A DNA stretch of 64,000 nt from Halarcobacter sp. (lineage in GTDB: Bacteria > Campylobacterota > Campylobacteria > Campylobacterales > Arcobacteraceae): assembly GCA_963676565.1 (NCBI GenBank), contig OY781089.1, forward strand, positions 2,720,001 through 2,784,000, in the 5' to 3' direction. This document shows positions 1 to 9,601 of this stretch, piece by piece. The notes under the pieces are model-generated. The model searched no databases. It saw only the letters and a list, made by a program, of their open reading frames with translations, and was not told the DNA's origin. A program made the position numbers and the translations under genes. Numbering within the stretch: the stretch's first letter is position 1; each line of letters opens with the position of its first letter.

Positions 1-534
1 TTAGTTTTAAAAATTCTAGAAGGAACTCAAGGTGTTGGTGTAGTTTTAGTTGATAGTGAAAAAGCAGCGAAATCTGTACTTGACGCTTTTTATGGGATGG
101 AAGTAAACTTACTTGTTCAAGAGTTTATTGAAGAAGCAGGAGGAGCTGACATAAGAGCTTTTGTTGTTGATGGAGAAGTTGTTGGAGCTATGAAAAGACA
201 GGGTGCAGAAGGTGATTTTAGATCAAATCTTCACCAAGGTGGAACTGCAAAATTACATAAATTAACGAGAAAAGAGAAATCAACTGCCCTTGCAGCTGCA
301 AAAGCTATGGGATTGGGTGTTTGTGGAGTTGATATGATTCCATCAAAAAGAGGTCCTTTGGTTATGGAAGTAAACTCTTCACCAGGATTAGAAGGGATAG
401 AAAAAGCAACTCAAATTGATATAGCAAGTAAAATCATGGATTATATTGAAAAAAATGTAACTACAAGAGATGAAAATAATGAACTTGTTAAAAAAACAAC
501 TAGAAAAGCAAAAAAAGATAATATTGGAGTATAA
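1..534 (+). CDS. rimK: RimK-family ATP-grasp alpha-L-glutamate ligase (5' truncated by window edge)
   Basis: Frame is open from base 1 ([16 protein letters not shown]). Contains [21 protein letters not shown] and [12 protein letters not shown] motifs. Confidence 0.92.
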   Translation, partial: LVLKILEGTQGVGVVLVDSEKAAKSVLDAFYGMEVNLLVQEFIEEAGGADIRAFVVDGEVVGAMKRQGAEGDFRSNLHQGGTAKLHKLTRKEKSTALAAAKAMGLGVCGVDMIPSKRGPLVMEVNSSPGLEGIEKATQIDIASKIMDYIEKNVTTRDENNELVKKTTRKAKKDNIGV

Positions 535-537
535 ATA

Positions 538-1584
538 TTGGATGATGTACTAATTATTGGTGGAGAAGAGATAAAAAAAGGTGAAAACAAAAATATAGAT
601 ATAGAACTACCTAGTTTGTACAATACTCCCTCTACTTTAAGAGTTAATGTCATTAGAGGAAGAAGAAGTGGTCCTACAGTTTTTGTAAGTGCTGCTATTC
701 ATGGGGATGAGATTAATGGAATAGAAATAATTAGAAGATTAAAAAAACTAAATATCCTAAAAAGATTAAAAGGAACATTGATATTAGTTCCTGTTGTAAA
801 TGTATATGGATTAGTAACCTTATCAAGATATCTTCCTGATAGAAGAGATTTAAATAGATCATTTCCAGGGAACGAAACAGGTTCACTAGCTGGAAGAATT
901 GCAAAAATATTTTTTAAAGAGATAGTATTGAATTCAGATTTAGGGATTGATTTACATACAGGAGCAATTCATAGATCTAACTTACCACAAGTTAGAACTG
1001 ATATAAAAAATGAATTTACTTATAATTTAGCAAAAGCCTTTGAAGCACCTGTTGTTTTACACTCAAGCCTAAGAGATGGATCTTTAAGATCTCAAGCAAT
1101 GGAAAAAGGCAAACCAATCTTGCTATATGAAGCAGGAGAGGCTCTAAGGTTTGATGAAACAAGTATAAGAATTGGTGTGAAAGGTATTGTGAATGTTCTT
1201 AGAAAAATGGAAATGCTTGCACCATCAAGTAAAAAAAGTAAAATAAGAATACCTGTAATTGCAAAAAAATCAACTTGGACAAGAGCAACTCAAAGTGGTT
1301 TATTACGTTCAGTAAAATCATTAGGCGATACAGTTGAAAAAGGTGAGATTATTGCATATATAAATGAACCTTTAGAGGATGAAGGAGATACAGTTATAGC
1401 TCCTTTTGATGGAATTATTATTGGAAGAAGTGAACTTCCACTTGTGCAAGAAGGTGATGCAACATTTCATATTGCACAGTTTGATGACCTTGAAAAAGCA
1501 GAAAACAAAATAGAGTATTTTAGTGAAGAGGTTATTGAAAGAAGTGAGTTTCAAGAATTAAATGAAGAACAAATGATTGAATAG
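538..1584 (+). CDS. Succinylglutamate desuccinylase/aspartoacylase family (M14-like) protein
   Basis: HGDE, DLNRSFPG, DLHTG and YEAGE motifs. Commonly neighbours rimK. Confidence 0.88.
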   Translation: MDDVLIIGGEEIKKGENKNIDIELPSLYNTPSTLRVNVIRGRRSGPTVFVSAAIHGDEINGIEIIRRLKKLNILKRLKGTLILVPVVNVYGLVTLSRYLPDRRDLNRSFPGNETGSLAGRIAKIFFKEIVLNSDLGIDLHTGAIHRSNLPQVRTDIKNEFTYNLAKAFEAPVVLHSSLRDGSLRSQAMEKGKPILLYEAGEALRFDETSIRIGVKGIVNVLRKMEMLAPSSKKSKIRIPVIAKKSTWTRATQSGLLRSVKSLGDTVEKGEIIAYINEPLEDEGDTVIAPFDGIIIGRSELPLVQEGDATFHIAQFDDLEKAENKIEYFSEEVIERSEFQELNEEQMIE

Positions 1585-1592
1585 GAAAATTA

Positions 1593-2636
1593 TTGACTCA
1601 ATTTTATGATATTTTAAAACAGCTACTTAGAGTTCCAAGTGTAGTTGGTGCAGAACACCCTTTTCTTATATATTTAAAAAGGGAATTGGAAGAACTAGAA
1701 TTAGAAGTTGAATTTTATGATGGTTTATTAGTTGCAAAAGGTTCAAATCCAGAATCTGGATATTTATCAGCCCATGCTGATAGACATGGACTTATTTGTA
1801 CAGGGAAAAATGAGTTCCAATATGCTGCATTTTTAGCTAAAAACCAAACAAATATAAAAGAACAATCGATACAAGCAGATGAATTATTAAAAAACTTTAC
1901 AAAAAGATTTGTGGATGAAAAAGTTCAAGCTTATGAACCATATAGTGGAAGTTACATGGGAATGGGAACTATTAAAGAAACTTACCTTTGTGAAAGAAGA
2001 GAAAATATCATCTTTAAAATAGATGGATTAAGTCATATTCATCCAGGAACTCCAATTGCCTTTATGGATAAACTATCTATTAAAGAAGATACTATTTATG
2101 CCCAATTAGATAATACAATTAGTGTTGCAAGTATATTATATCTTTACCAAAAAGGCTACCAAGGAACTGCATTTTTTACTGCAAGTGAAGAGGCAGGTAT
2201 GAGTTGGATTTATCTACTTGATTATTTTAAAAAATATGACTTAAGTACAAATGAACTATTAGTTTTAGATACAAGTCCATATAAAACAAAAGAGGAAATT
2301 GACCTTTTAGATATTGTATTAAGAAATAGAGATCAAAATGGATATTTCAAATCTCCATTAAAACAAAAAATTAAAAGAATAGCTATTGAAAGAGGGATAA
2401 AATACCATTATAAAGATGAGTATTTAAAAAGTTTACACAATCAAAATAACCCAAATAATACAAAAGCTAAACTTGGGATTACAGAGCTTGGAAGAATAAT
2501 AAAAGCCTCTAAAGGGAGTGTGCAAGGTACAACCTTACAAATTCCAACAATTGGTTATCATACTTCAAATGAAACAGCTAATAAAAAATCAATCAAACTA
2601 TTTATTGAAGTGCTAAAAAAGGTTTATAATTTATAA
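1593..2636 (+). CDS. M42/M20-like metallopeptidase
   Basis: PSVVGAE, SAHAD, QLDN, EEAG and C-terminal GYHT metal-ligand pattern. Confidence 0.75.
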   Translation: MTQFYDILKQLLRVPSVVGAEHPFLIYLKRELEELELEVEFYDGLLVAKGSNPESGYLSAHADRHGLICTGKNEFQYAAFLAKNQTNIKEQSIQADELLKNFTKRFVDEKVQAYEPYSGSYMGMGTIKETYLCERRENIIFKIDGLSHIHPGTPIAFMDKLSIKEDTIYAQLDNTISVASILYLYQKGYQGTAFFTASEEAGMSWIYLLDYFKKYDLSTNELLVLDTSPYKTKEEIDLLDIVLRNRDQNGYFKSPLKQKIKRIAIERGIKYHYKDEYLKSLHNQNNPNNTKAKLGITELGRIIKASKGSVQGTTLQIPTIGYHTSNETANKKSIKLFIEVLKKVYNL

Positions 2637-2653
2637 ACCTCTTTTAGGCTTTT

Positions 2654-2989
2654 TTATTTGAAGTCATTTTCATAAATAAATTCAGATATCTCTTCTAATG
2701 TGGTTTTATCAAAGGTTAGCTCTGGCATAAGCTCATATTTTTCTATAGCATCCATCATCAAAGAAGTATTTGCATCTGGTTTTAAAACCCAATTACTCAT
2801 ATACTCTACAAAATCTTCTTTTAGGGGAAAAGCTTCTATATATCTTTTTTTTACCTCTTGAATTGTGGGTGCTGATTTATTTAAGTTATCAACACTATGG
2901 CAAGTTACACAATTACCATTAAATAGCAATTCTTTATAATTACAAAAACTACTTGTAAAAATAAGTGATATTATAAAAAAATATTTCAT
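2654..2989 (-). CDS. Monohaem c-type cytochrome, exported
   Basis: Signal peptide, CVTCH haem motif, distal LMP methionine. Confidence 0.88.
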   Translation of the reverse strand: MKYFFIISLIFTSSFCNYKELLFNGNCVTCHSVDNLNKSAPTIQEVKKRYIEAFPLKEDFVEYMSNWVLKPDANTSLMMDAIEKYELMPELTFDKTTLEEISEFIYENDFK

Positions 2990-2990
2990 A

Positions 2991-4883
2991 TCAATCTAAA
3001 ACGTTAATCCACTCTTGAAAACTTGCATCACTTGGCATTCGCCAATCTGCTCTTGGGCTTAGACTAATAGTTCCAACCTTTACACCATCAGGCATTGCAT
3101 TTCTTTTAAACTGTTGAGTAAAAAATCTTTTTACAAAAATATCAAACCATTTTTTTATCTCTTCCTCTGAATACTCATCAAAAGCGTGAGAAGCTAAAAA
3201 CAATATTTTTGAAGGTTTAGCTCCATATCTAATAAAATGATATAAAAAGAAATCATGAAGTTCATATGGTCCAATTATACTTTCAGTCTCCTGTGAAATT
3301 TTATCACTATCATGGGGTAAAAGCTCAGGTGAAATTGGTGTATTCAAGATATCTATTAAAACATCTTTTATATCTTCCATATAAGTAAAATACTCAACCA
3401 AATATGAAATTAAAGTTTTTGGAATTCCACTATTAAGTGAGTACATACTCATATGATCACCATTATAAGTGCACCAACCAAGGGCTATCTCACTTAAATC
3501 GCCAGTTCCAATTACTATTGCACCCTCTTTGTTTGCTAAGTTCATAAGTATAGCGGTTCTAGCCCTTGCTTGAACATTTTCATAGGTTACATCATGGATA
3601 TTTTTATCATGCCCTATTGCTTCAAACTCTTTTAAACTAACATCACTAATTGGTATCTCTTTTATAGTTACACCTAAAGATTCACATAGTTTTATTGCAT
3701 TTGACTTTGTTCTACTTGTTGTTCCAAAGCCAGGCATAGTAATAGCGATAATACCTTTAACATCAAGATTTAATATCTCAAAAGCTTTATATGTAGCAAG
3801 TAGTGCTAAAGTTGAATCTAGTCCACCTGAAATACCAATTACCACTTTTTTGCAATTAATATGACTTAATCTTTTTATTAAACCATGGGCTTGAATATTT
3901 GTAATCTCTTCACAAACCTCTTTTTTAATCTTTTCATCACTTGGCACAAAAGGATGTTTATCTATAAATCTATTTAGTTTAGATATTCTAACTGTTGATT
4001 CAAATTTTATTATTCTAACATCACTTGGAATACTATCTCCAAAATAAGACTCATGGTTTCGTAACCAAATAAGTTTTTCTAAATCAACATCTGCTCTAAT
4101 TGTTTGATTTTCCAAACAAAATCTTTCACTTTTAGCTAAAATTGAACCATATTCACAAATTAGTGCATCCCCACTAAAAATAGTATCACTACTTGATTCC
4201 CCTACTCCACATGAGCTATAAATATATGCACAAACCAATCTTGCACTTTGGGTTTTTACTAACTCTTGTCTATATGAAGATTTTCCAACCAGTTCATTTG
4301 AAGCAGATAGATTAAAAATCATATTGGCACCATTTATTGCCATTTGATTACTTGGGGGTAAAATTGACCATAAATCTTCACATACTTCTATTCCAAAGGT
4401 AATATCATTTTCATCAGAAAATAATAAATCAACCCCAAAAGGAATCTCTTGAGAAAGTAATTTTAATGTCTTTAATTTTAGACGAAGACCCGATTGAAAA
4501 TATCTTTTTTCATAAAACTCATTTTTATTTGGAAGGTAACTTTTTGGAACTATTCCTAAGATTTTTCCATTTTGAATAACTGCCGCACAATTATATAATC
4601 TGTGTTCAAAAGAAACTACTATTCCCACAATTGCAATAGTTGAAATGCCAATAGATTTTTTTACTAATTTTTCTAAGGCATTATTTTGAGATTCAAGTAA
4701 GTTTTGATTTAAAAAAAGATCACCTACTGTATATCCTGTAATACATAGTTCAGGGAAAAGTACAATTGAAGTTTCATTTTCTGATTCTTGTTTAAAAATA
4801 TCAATAATCTCTTCAATATTTTTACTACTGTTTGCAATTTGAACTTTTGGGACACTAGCAGCGATTCTATAAAAACCATACAT
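2991..4883 (-). CDS. nadE: Glutamine-dependent NAD+ synthetase
   Basis: Nitrilase-type domain (FPEL, PKSYLPN..EFYEKR, CEDLW) fused to a synthetase domain (GISGGLDS, ENVQAR, QQFKR). Confidence 0.96.
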   Translation of the reverse strand: MYGFYRIAASVPKVQIANSSKNIEEIIDIFKQESENETSIVLFPELCITGYTVGDLFLNQNLLESQNNALEKLVKKSIGISTIAIVGIVVSFEHRLYNCAAVIQNGKILGIVPKSYLPNKNEFYEKRYFQSGLRLKLKTLKLLSQEIPFGVDLLFSDENDITFGIEVCEDLWSILPPSNQMAINGANMIFNLSASNELVGKSSYRQELVKTQSARLVCAYIYSSCGVGESSSDTIFSGDALICEYGSILAKSERFCLENQTIRADVDLEKLIWLRNHESYFGDSIPSDVRIIKFESTVRISKLNRFIDKHPFVPSDEKIKKEVCEEITNIQAHGLIKRLSHINCKKVVIGISGGLDSTLALLATYKAFEILNLDVKGIIAITMPGFGTTSRTKSNAIKLCESLGVTIKEIPISDVSLKEFEAIGHDKNIHDVTYENVQARARTAILMNLANKEGAIVIGTGDLSEIALGWCTYNGDHMSMYSLNSGIPKTLISYLVEYFTYMEDIKDVLIDILNTPISPELLPHDSDKISQETESIIGPYELHDFFLYHFIRYGAKPSKILFLASHAFDEYSEEEIKKWFDIFVKRFFTQQFKRNAMPDGVKVGTISLSPRADWRMPSDASFQEWINVLD

Positions 4884-4991
4884 ATTAATTACTCTTTTAT
4901 TTTATTTTGTAAATATGATTATAGCCTTTGTTATTTTAATTAACGTAAAAGCGTAGGTTTTAACTTTAAGATAGTGTTAATGTTTATTATA

Positions 4992-5017
4992 TATAATATT
5001 ATTCGAACAAATGTTCG
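4992..5017 (+). promoter_or_regulatory. -10 box TATAAT followed by palindromic operator CGAACAAATGTTCG
   Basis: TATAAT at 4992-4997, palindrome at 5004-5017. The same motif recurs at 9127, 30429, 38116, 38383 and 47479. Confidence 0.6.
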
Positions 5018-5167
5018 TATAAAGTTGGTGGAGATTATTTAACTAGTACTCCTTAAATTATATTTAGTATATTTCCCATTAACTTTTTATTTTAGGGTTG
5101 CTTTTTATAGTTTTCATATGGTTATCAAACTCTTTGCAATCCTAATTTTTAGTGTTTAAGGGTATAA

Positions 5168-6310
5168 ATGAATAACAATAAGTCTTATCTGATTATTATA
5201 TTATCAATACTATCAGCTATTGCACCTATTTCTATTGCCACATACCTTCCTTCTATGCCTACAATGGCGGAACACTACAAAGTTAATATATCTGACATAG
5301 AATTAAGTTTATCTATTTTTATGTTTGGATTTTCATTAGGACAGATTTTTGGAGGACCCTTTTCAGATGCAAAAGGAAGAAGATTCTCTTCACTTGTTGG
5401 TCTTTTAGGTTACTCATTTTTTAGTTTTTTAATTACATCTTCAACATCAGTTTATGAATTATGGATATATCGATTCCTAGAAGCATTTTTTGGTGGTTTG
5501 ATTATAGTTAATGCTGCTGCAATTATTAGAGATTTATACAAAGGTAAAGAAGCAGCTAAATATTTTTCTATTCTAGGAAGTTTGAGAACAATAGTTCCTA
5601 TGTTAGCCCCTGCTCTTGGGGCTTTAATTCTATTTTTCTTTACTTGGGAAAAGATATTTATCTTTTTAGGACTTTACTCTATGTTAGTTGCTTTTTTAAT
5701 ATTTAAAGATTTTGAAGAAACATATACTTACTCTAAAAAAAATATTATCCAATCATATTTAATTGTGTTATCCAATAAAAAAGCGATGATAATGATGTTT
5801 GTTCTTGCACTAGGATTTTCTGCTATGTTTTCTATTGTCACCAAATCTTCATTTATATACATCGAATATTTAGGCTTAAGTGTCAATCAATTTGCCTTTT
5901 TTCAAGGCCTTAATTTTGTATTTTTTATGTTAATTGCTGCACTAAATGTAAAATTTTTAAATTATTTTAAACCCAAAAAGATACTTCAATTTGCAATAGT
6001 CACACAAATTATACTTGCATTTCTATTTTTAGTGTTAAATGATTATATAGGATTTATTTTAGTGATATTTTTTATTGTAAGTTATATCTCAATGAATGGT
6101 TTGATTTATGGAAATGCAACAGCACTTATTATGGAAAACTTTCCACAAAATGCAGGTGTAGCTTCTGCTTTAATTGGAGTTTTACAATATGGAACTGCAT
6201 CAATTATCTCATCAATAATTGTTAGTTTTCATTCAAATAGCTTAATTTCTGTAGCACTTGGAATGTTATTTATTTCAAGTGGAGCATTTCTAGTACTAAA
6301 AAAATATTAA
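5168..6310 (+). CDS. Bcr/CflA-family MFS efflux transporter
   Basis: YLPSMP, GQIFGGPFSDAKGRR and NAGVASALIG motifs; about 12 hydrophobic segments. Confidence 0.88.
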   Translation: MNNNKSYLIIILSILSAIAPISIATYLPSMPTMAEHYKVNISDIELSLSIFMFGFSLGQIFGGPFSDAKGRRFSSLVGLLGYSFFSFLITSSTSVYELWIYRFLEAFFGGLIIVNAAAIIRDLYKGKEAAKYFSILGSLRTIVPMLAPALGALILFFFTWEKIFIFLGLYSMLVAFLIFKDFEETYTYSKKNIIQSYLIVLSNKKAMIMMFVLALGFSAMFSIVTKSSFIYIEYLGLSVNQFAFFQGLNFVFFMLIAALNVKFLNYFKPKKILQFAIVTQIILAFLFLVLNDYIGFILVIFFIVSYISMNGLIYGNATALIMENFPQNAGVASALIGVLQYGTASIISSIIVSFHSNSLISVALGMLFISSGAFLVLKKY

Positions 6311-6330
6311 ATTAAAGAAAGGATAAAAAA

Positions 6331-7350
6331 ATGGAATATAGATATATAGGAACAAGTGGACTTAGAGTTACTCCAATTTGTTTAGGAACAATGACATTTG
6401 GAAGAATGGCAACAAAAGAAGAAGCTTTTAAAATCATGGATAAAGCATATGATGCTGGTATCAATTTTTTTGATAATGCAGAGATGTATCCCGTACCTCC
6501 ACGGGCTGATTTAGTTGGTTTATCTGAAGAGATTATGGGTGAATGGATGAAAAGTAAACCAAGAGAATCTTTAATTGTAGCAACTAAGGTTGCAGGTGCA
6601 GCTAATGGAAGATTTGCAGCTCCTGTTAGACATGGATTAACTGCTATTGATAGATTTCATATTGAAAGAGGAATTGAGGGAACTTTAAAAAGACTAAAAA
6701 CTGATTATATTGACCTTTACCAAGTTCACTGGCCAGATACAGTTGTACCATTAGAAGAATCAATGGAGGCAATGGATAGATTAGTTCAAGCAGGAAAAGT
6801 AAGATACATAGGAACTAGTAATGACTCAGCATATGGATTAACAAAAGCAAATGAAATTTCTAAATACAATAAACTAGCTAGATTTCAATCTATTCAAAAT
6901 AACTTCTCACTAAATGAGCCTAGATTTTTTGATGAATTAGCCCATGTTTGTAGAAAAGAAAAAATTTCACTTCTTCCTTATTCACCACTTGCAGGGGGAG
7001 TTTTAACTGGAAAATATCAAGATAGAACTTTGCCTGAAGGTTCTAGATTTAATGAATACAAAGCTTTAAATCTTCCAAGATTGGAAGCAATGAGAAATAG
7101 ATTTATAAATGAAAAAACTTTAAGTACTACAGAAAAATATATGCAAATCGCAAAAGAACATGGTATGAATGTTACAACTTTAGCAGCTGCTTGGAGTAAA
7201 CAATGGGATTTTGTTGCAAGTACAATTATTGGGGTTAGAACTGCCGAACAATTAGATGATATCTTACCAGCTTTAGAACTTACACTAAGTGATGAAATAA
7301 TGGATGCTTGTAAAAAGGTACAACAAGAGATTTTATATCCTATGGGATAA
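6331..7350 (+). CDS. Aldo/keto reductase (Tas-like)
   Basis: CLGTMTFG, DNAEMY, LKTDYIDLYQVHWP and YSPLAGGVLTGKY motifs. Confidence 0.92.
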   Translation: MEYRYIGTSGLRVTPICLGTMTFGRMATKEEAFKIMDKAYDAGINFFDNAEMYPVPPRADLVGLSEEIMGEWMKSKPRESLIVATKVAGAANGRFAAPVRHGLTAIDRFHIERGIEGTLKRLKTDYIDLYQVHWPDTVVPLEESMEAMDRLVQAGKVRYIGTSNDSAYGLTKANEISKYNKLARFQSIQNNFSLNEPRFFDELAHVCRKEKISLLPYSPLAGGVLTGKYQDRTLPEGSRFNEYKALNLPRLEAMRNRFINEKTLSTTEKYMQIAKEHGMNVTTLAAAWSKQWDFVASTIIGVRTAEQLDDILPALELTLSDEIMDACKKVQQEILYPMG

Positions 7351-7352
7351 AT

Positions 7353-7384
7353 AAAAAAAGGATAGCATTAAGCTATCTTTTTTT
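7353..7384. terminator. Bidirectional intrinsic terminator
   Basis: A-tract, GATAGC-ATTAA-GCTATC, T-tract between convergent genes. Confidence 0.7.
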
Positions 7385-8177
7385 AATAGTGTTGAAGTAG
7401 TTTAATAGCTTCTGATGTTTCTTTTGCAGCTTCAATTAAAAGAGGTAATACTTTCTTCTTCAATGTTTCTGTATTTTTATAACTTAAATGGGAACCTATA
7501 TTCATAGCCCCTATCATCTTATTTTCTCTATTATAAATTGGTGCAGCAATTGAAAGAAGACCATCTTCAATCTCCTCTTCAACAATCTGATACCCTTGAT
7601 TTTTTTCATCTAATAACTTTTTATATAAAGTATCAGGGTCTTTTATACTTTTTGATGTGTACTCTTTATAAGGTAATTTCAAAAGATAATTATAAAGCTC
7701 TTTTTCATCCATATGAGACATAAATAATCTTCCTGTTGCAGTATATGCTGCTGGTAGTCTAGAACCAACATGGATACCCTCATTTAAAATTCTTGTTGCA
7801 GGTACTCTCATAATACAAATAACATTTTGTCCATCTAAAATTGAAATAGAACATGATAAGGTACACTCATCAACTACTCTTTTAATATTTTTATATGCAA
7901 TATCTGTCCATGGTAGAGAAGCAAAATAACTATATCCTAACTCTATTACTTTAGGAGTTAAAGAAAAAAAGTTATCATTGTGAGAAACATAACCTAAAGA
8001 TTCCAAAGTTAAAAGAAGTCTTCTAGCACTAGCTCTGGTTATATCAACTTTCTTTGCAACATCAGAAAGGGTCATATTCGTATTTTCGTGATCAAAAGCT
8101 TTTATTACACTAAGACCTTTAATAAAAGCTGTTACTATCTCTTTATTATCAATTTCATTTTCTACTTTTGAAGTCAT
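7383..8177 (-). CDS. IclR-family regulator, PcaR/PobR-like
   Basis: KGLSVIKAF, TRASARRLLLTLESLGYV, LTPKVIELGYSY and VGSRLPA..TATGR motifs. Start at ATG 8177 preferred over TTG 8201. Confidence 0.88.
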   Translation of the reverse strand: MTSKVENEIDNKEIVTAFIKGLSVIKAFDHENTNMTLSDVAKKVDITRASARRLLLTLESLGYVSHNDNFFSLTPKVIELGYSYFASLPWTDIAYKNIKRVVDECTLSCSISILDGQNVICIMRVPATRILNEGIHVGSRLPAAYTATGRLFMSHMDEKELYNYLLKLPYKEYTSKSIKDPDTLYKKLLDEKNQGYQIVEEEIEDGLLSIAAPIYNRENKMIGAMNIGSHLSYKNTETLKKKVLPLLIEAAKETSEAIKLLQHY

Positions 8178-8181
8178 AACT

Positions 8182-9066
8182 TTATTTTTTTTCCTTGGCA
8201 ATTAAAATTCCTCCTGAAATAATAGCTAAAATTCCTATGATTCCCAAATAGCTTGGGAAATCGTCACCTAAAATAAGTCCAATTATCAATGAAAATATGA
8301 TTACAGAATAACCTGTAGCTCCTACAATACCAGCTCGAGTAACTCCATATGCTTTAGTCATATATATCTGCCCTACTGATGCGGTAAATCCAATACCACC
8401 AATTAAAACCCACTCAAAAGTGTTTGGTAATACAAACTCTCCCATCATAAAATCAAAAAATTCACTGTGGTAATTTATTGATAATAACATAGAAGCCAAA
8501 GGAACAATTGAACCTATACCCATAAAACTTAAAACAATCACTCTAGTATCATAATATTTTCTAAGTTCTCTAATACTTGTAAAAGCTAAAGCAGCACATA
8601 CAGCATTTAAAATACCAAAGATATGTGCCTTTTCAAAAACCATTCCATCAGGATTCATAACCATAAACATACCACTAAATCCCAATAATATAGCAAGCCA
8701 ACCTTTGGGTCCAATTTTTTCTTTTAAAAACCACATGGCAAAGATTGCCGTAAAAAGAGGAGACATTCTAGAATATGTAACAGCATCAGCCAGTGAAATA
8801 TTTGCAATATTATAAAAGAAACTCAACATGGCAATAAGACCAATAGCAGCTCTAAAAAATAGTAAAAATGGCTTTCCCCCAGTTTGTTTTAAAGGTGATT
8901 TAAAAAATGTTAACAGTACAATACAAATACCAATAAAATTTCTAAAAAAAACTATCTCAATTGTGGGTAGACTTTCTGCTAAAACTTTAGCCATAGCACT
9001 CATTAAAGCTAAACAAATTGAAGATATCAACATAAATAATACACCTTGATTTATTTGTCTAAGCAC
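8182..9066 (-). CDS. DMT/EamA-family transporter
   Basis: EIVFFR and PLFTAIFA..FLKEK motifs; two-repeat 10-TM layout. Confidence 0.88.
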   Translation of the reverse strand: MLRQINQGVLFMLISSICLALMSAMAKVLAESLPTIEIVFFRNFIGICIVLLTFFKSPLKQTGGKPFLLFFRAAIGLIAMLSFFYNIANISLADAVTYSRMSPLFTAIFAMWFLKEKIGPKGWLAILLGFSGMFMVMNPDGMVFEKAHIFGILNAVCAALAFTSIRELRKYYDTRVIVLSFMGIGSIVPLASMLLSINYHSEFFDFMMGEFVLPNTFEWVLIGGIGFTASVGQIYMTKAYGVTRAGIVGATGYSVIIFSLIIGLILGDDFPSYLGIIGILAIISGGILIAKEKK

Positions 9067-9115
9067 TGAGAAACCTTTTATATTTTTAGGAATTATATTT
9101 GTTTTTTACTTAATA

Positions 9116-9140
9116 TGTTATTATTACGCACAAAAGTTCG
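9116..9140 (+). promoter_or_regulatory. Extended -10 (TGtTATTAT) plus operator CGCACAAAAGTTCG
   Basis: Operator at 9127-9140 lies just downstream of the -10, the same geometry as other promoters in the region. Confidence 0.5.
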
Positions 9141-9162
9141 TTTTTATATAAAAAGGTTACAA

Positions 9163-9594
9163 ATGGAAATATGGAAAAAAAATCTTACAGTGGATGAAAT
9201 AAATGAATTCAGTAAAAATACTGCTGCTGAAAGTTTAGGGATTATAATCACTAATTTGACAAAAAATAGTTTAGAAGGACAAATGCCAGTTAATGAGAAA
9301 ACTTGCCAACCTAGAGGTCTTTTACATGGAGGTGCATCAGCACTAATGATTGAGACTTTAGGAAGTCTAGCTGGATATTTAGCCGCACCCAAAGATGATG
9401 CGATTGTTGGCATGGAAATAAATGCAAACCATATTACAGGGGTAAAAAAAGGAAACTTTGTAAAAGGGATTGCAACGCCTTTACATATAGGTAAAACAAC
9501 TCATGTATGGGAAGTTAAGATTTATGAAAATGACACAAATAAACTTGCTTGTGCGGGAAGAATAACCCTTGCAGTGATAAAAGAAAAGATATAA
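9163..9594 (+). CDS. Hotdog-fold aryl-CoA thioesterase (MenI/EntH/PaaI-like)
   Basis: QPRGLLHGGAS...ETLGS, EINANH and H.GKTTHVW motifs. ATG 9163 follows an AAGG RBS. Confidence 0.88.
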   Translation: MEIWKKNLTVDEINEFSKNTAAESLGIIITNLTKNSLEGQMPVNEKTCQPRGLLHGGASALMIETLGSLAGYLAAPKDDAIVGMEINANHITGVKKGNFVKGIATPLHIGKTTHVWEVKIYENDTNKLACAGRITLAVIKEKI

Positions 9595-9601
9595 AGAAAA
9601 T

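Noticed and set aside
5004..5017. CGAACAAATGTTCG matches the Gram-positive LexA (SOS) box
   Set aside because: All copies precede efflux, catabolic or porin genes rather than DNA-repair genes, the host is Gram-negative (porins, TonB receptor), and no lexA is in the window.
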